Source: an uncultured bacterium (GTDB lineage Bacteria > Fidelibacterota > Marinisomatia > Marinisomatales > TCS56). Taken from it: DNA of 64,000 nt. The notes beneath the pieces were generated by a model that saw only the letters and a program-made list of their open reading frames with translations, ran no database searches and was not told the origin of the DNA. The translations under genes were made by a program, and so were the position numbers. The stretch lies in contig CAYPJE010000014.1 in assembly GCA_964410945.1 (NCBI GenBank), forward strand, positions 994-64,993. Direction: 5' to 3'. Of the stretch, positions 63,661 to 64,000 are shown one piece after another. Each line of letters opens with the position of its first letter. Positions within the stretch are counted from its first letter, which is position 1.

Positions 63661-63747
63661 GATTGCCACATCCTCAGTATGGCGCATATTACACAATAAA
63701 ATCCACATGACCAACCATGTGAATGCCGTAGTAAAGTGCTATTCGAA

Positions 63748-64000
63748 TCAGTGGGTTACAATCACCGGGACGGTACCGTCTTCCACAACCTTCTTGGCTG
63801 TTGAACCGTAGAACAATCGGCTGATGCCTTTATTGCCATAGGCTCCCAAAACAACGGCGCTGGGCATCCGCTTCTTGGCTTCATCAAGGATCACCTGGCT
63901 GGGTTTACCGGCATTGATGATCGATTCGGCCGCAATGCCATGATTGGACAGGTATTTCAGAGCTTTCGAATGCAAATCAGCATGTTCTTTTTTATCGCCG
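63748..64000 (-). CDS. Universal stress protein family (5' partial, open to window edge)
   Basis: C-terminal USP pattern PSAVVLGAYGNKGISRLFYGSTAKKVVEDGTVPVIVTH. The frame remains open to nt 64000. Confidence 0.7.
   Translation of the reverse strand, partial: GDKKEHADLHSKALKYLSNHGIAAESIINAGKPSQVILDEAKKRMPSAVVLGAYGNKGISRLFYGSTAKKVVEDGTVPVIVTH

Overview
This 64 kb window looks like bacterial chromosome from an FCB-group-like organism. The evidence is a T9SS C-terminal sorting tail on one secreted hydrolase, Shine-Dalgarno use, and NfnAB, which suggests an anaerobe. The chromosome is interrupted by a roughly 30.3 kb Mu-type transposable prophage at about 21862-52171.

Host genes, left of the prophage:
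- pepA (5' partial), an NAD(P)-binding reductase, a frameshifted IS200/RAYT-like Y1 transposase, a Tat-signal C_GCAxxG_C_C-like protein, a CPBP protease and an HD hydrolase.
- A T9SS-tailed beta-lactamase-fold hydrolase, rmuC and an MBL hydrolase.
- A three-gene APS/PAPS reductase + cysteate-synthase-like + AONS-family acyltransferase operon, which I read as a capnine-type sulfonolipid candidate.
- A RhuM-Fic fusion and a UvrD-type helicase fused to a Cas4-like nuclease.

Host genes, right of the prophage:
- An ECF sigma / anti-sigma / Spy-like operon, NfnAB, PntAA-AB-B, proline iminopeptidase and a partial USP gene.

Prophage content:
- A leftward XRE repressor and a rightward early operon with a DDE transposase, a MuB-like ATPase, GemA, DUF3164 and an Ogr-like zinc finger.
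- An oppositely oriented packaging module and a siphovirus-type head/tail module.

Most interesting candidates:
1. An AT-rich two-gene cargo (AbiV/DUF5677-like plus zinc ribbon) beside an orphan Dam whose ribosome-binding site is sequestered in a structured leader.
2. A MuF-like head protein with a PD-(D/E)XK-like C-terminal extension followed by a small acidic ORF.
3. An Ig-like domain gene that appears to be split by a tail-fibre + nucleotidyltransferase cassette.
4. A REP-like palindromic element family (three copies) together with the RAYT pseudogene.

All functional calls come from reading motifs by eye. No database search was run.
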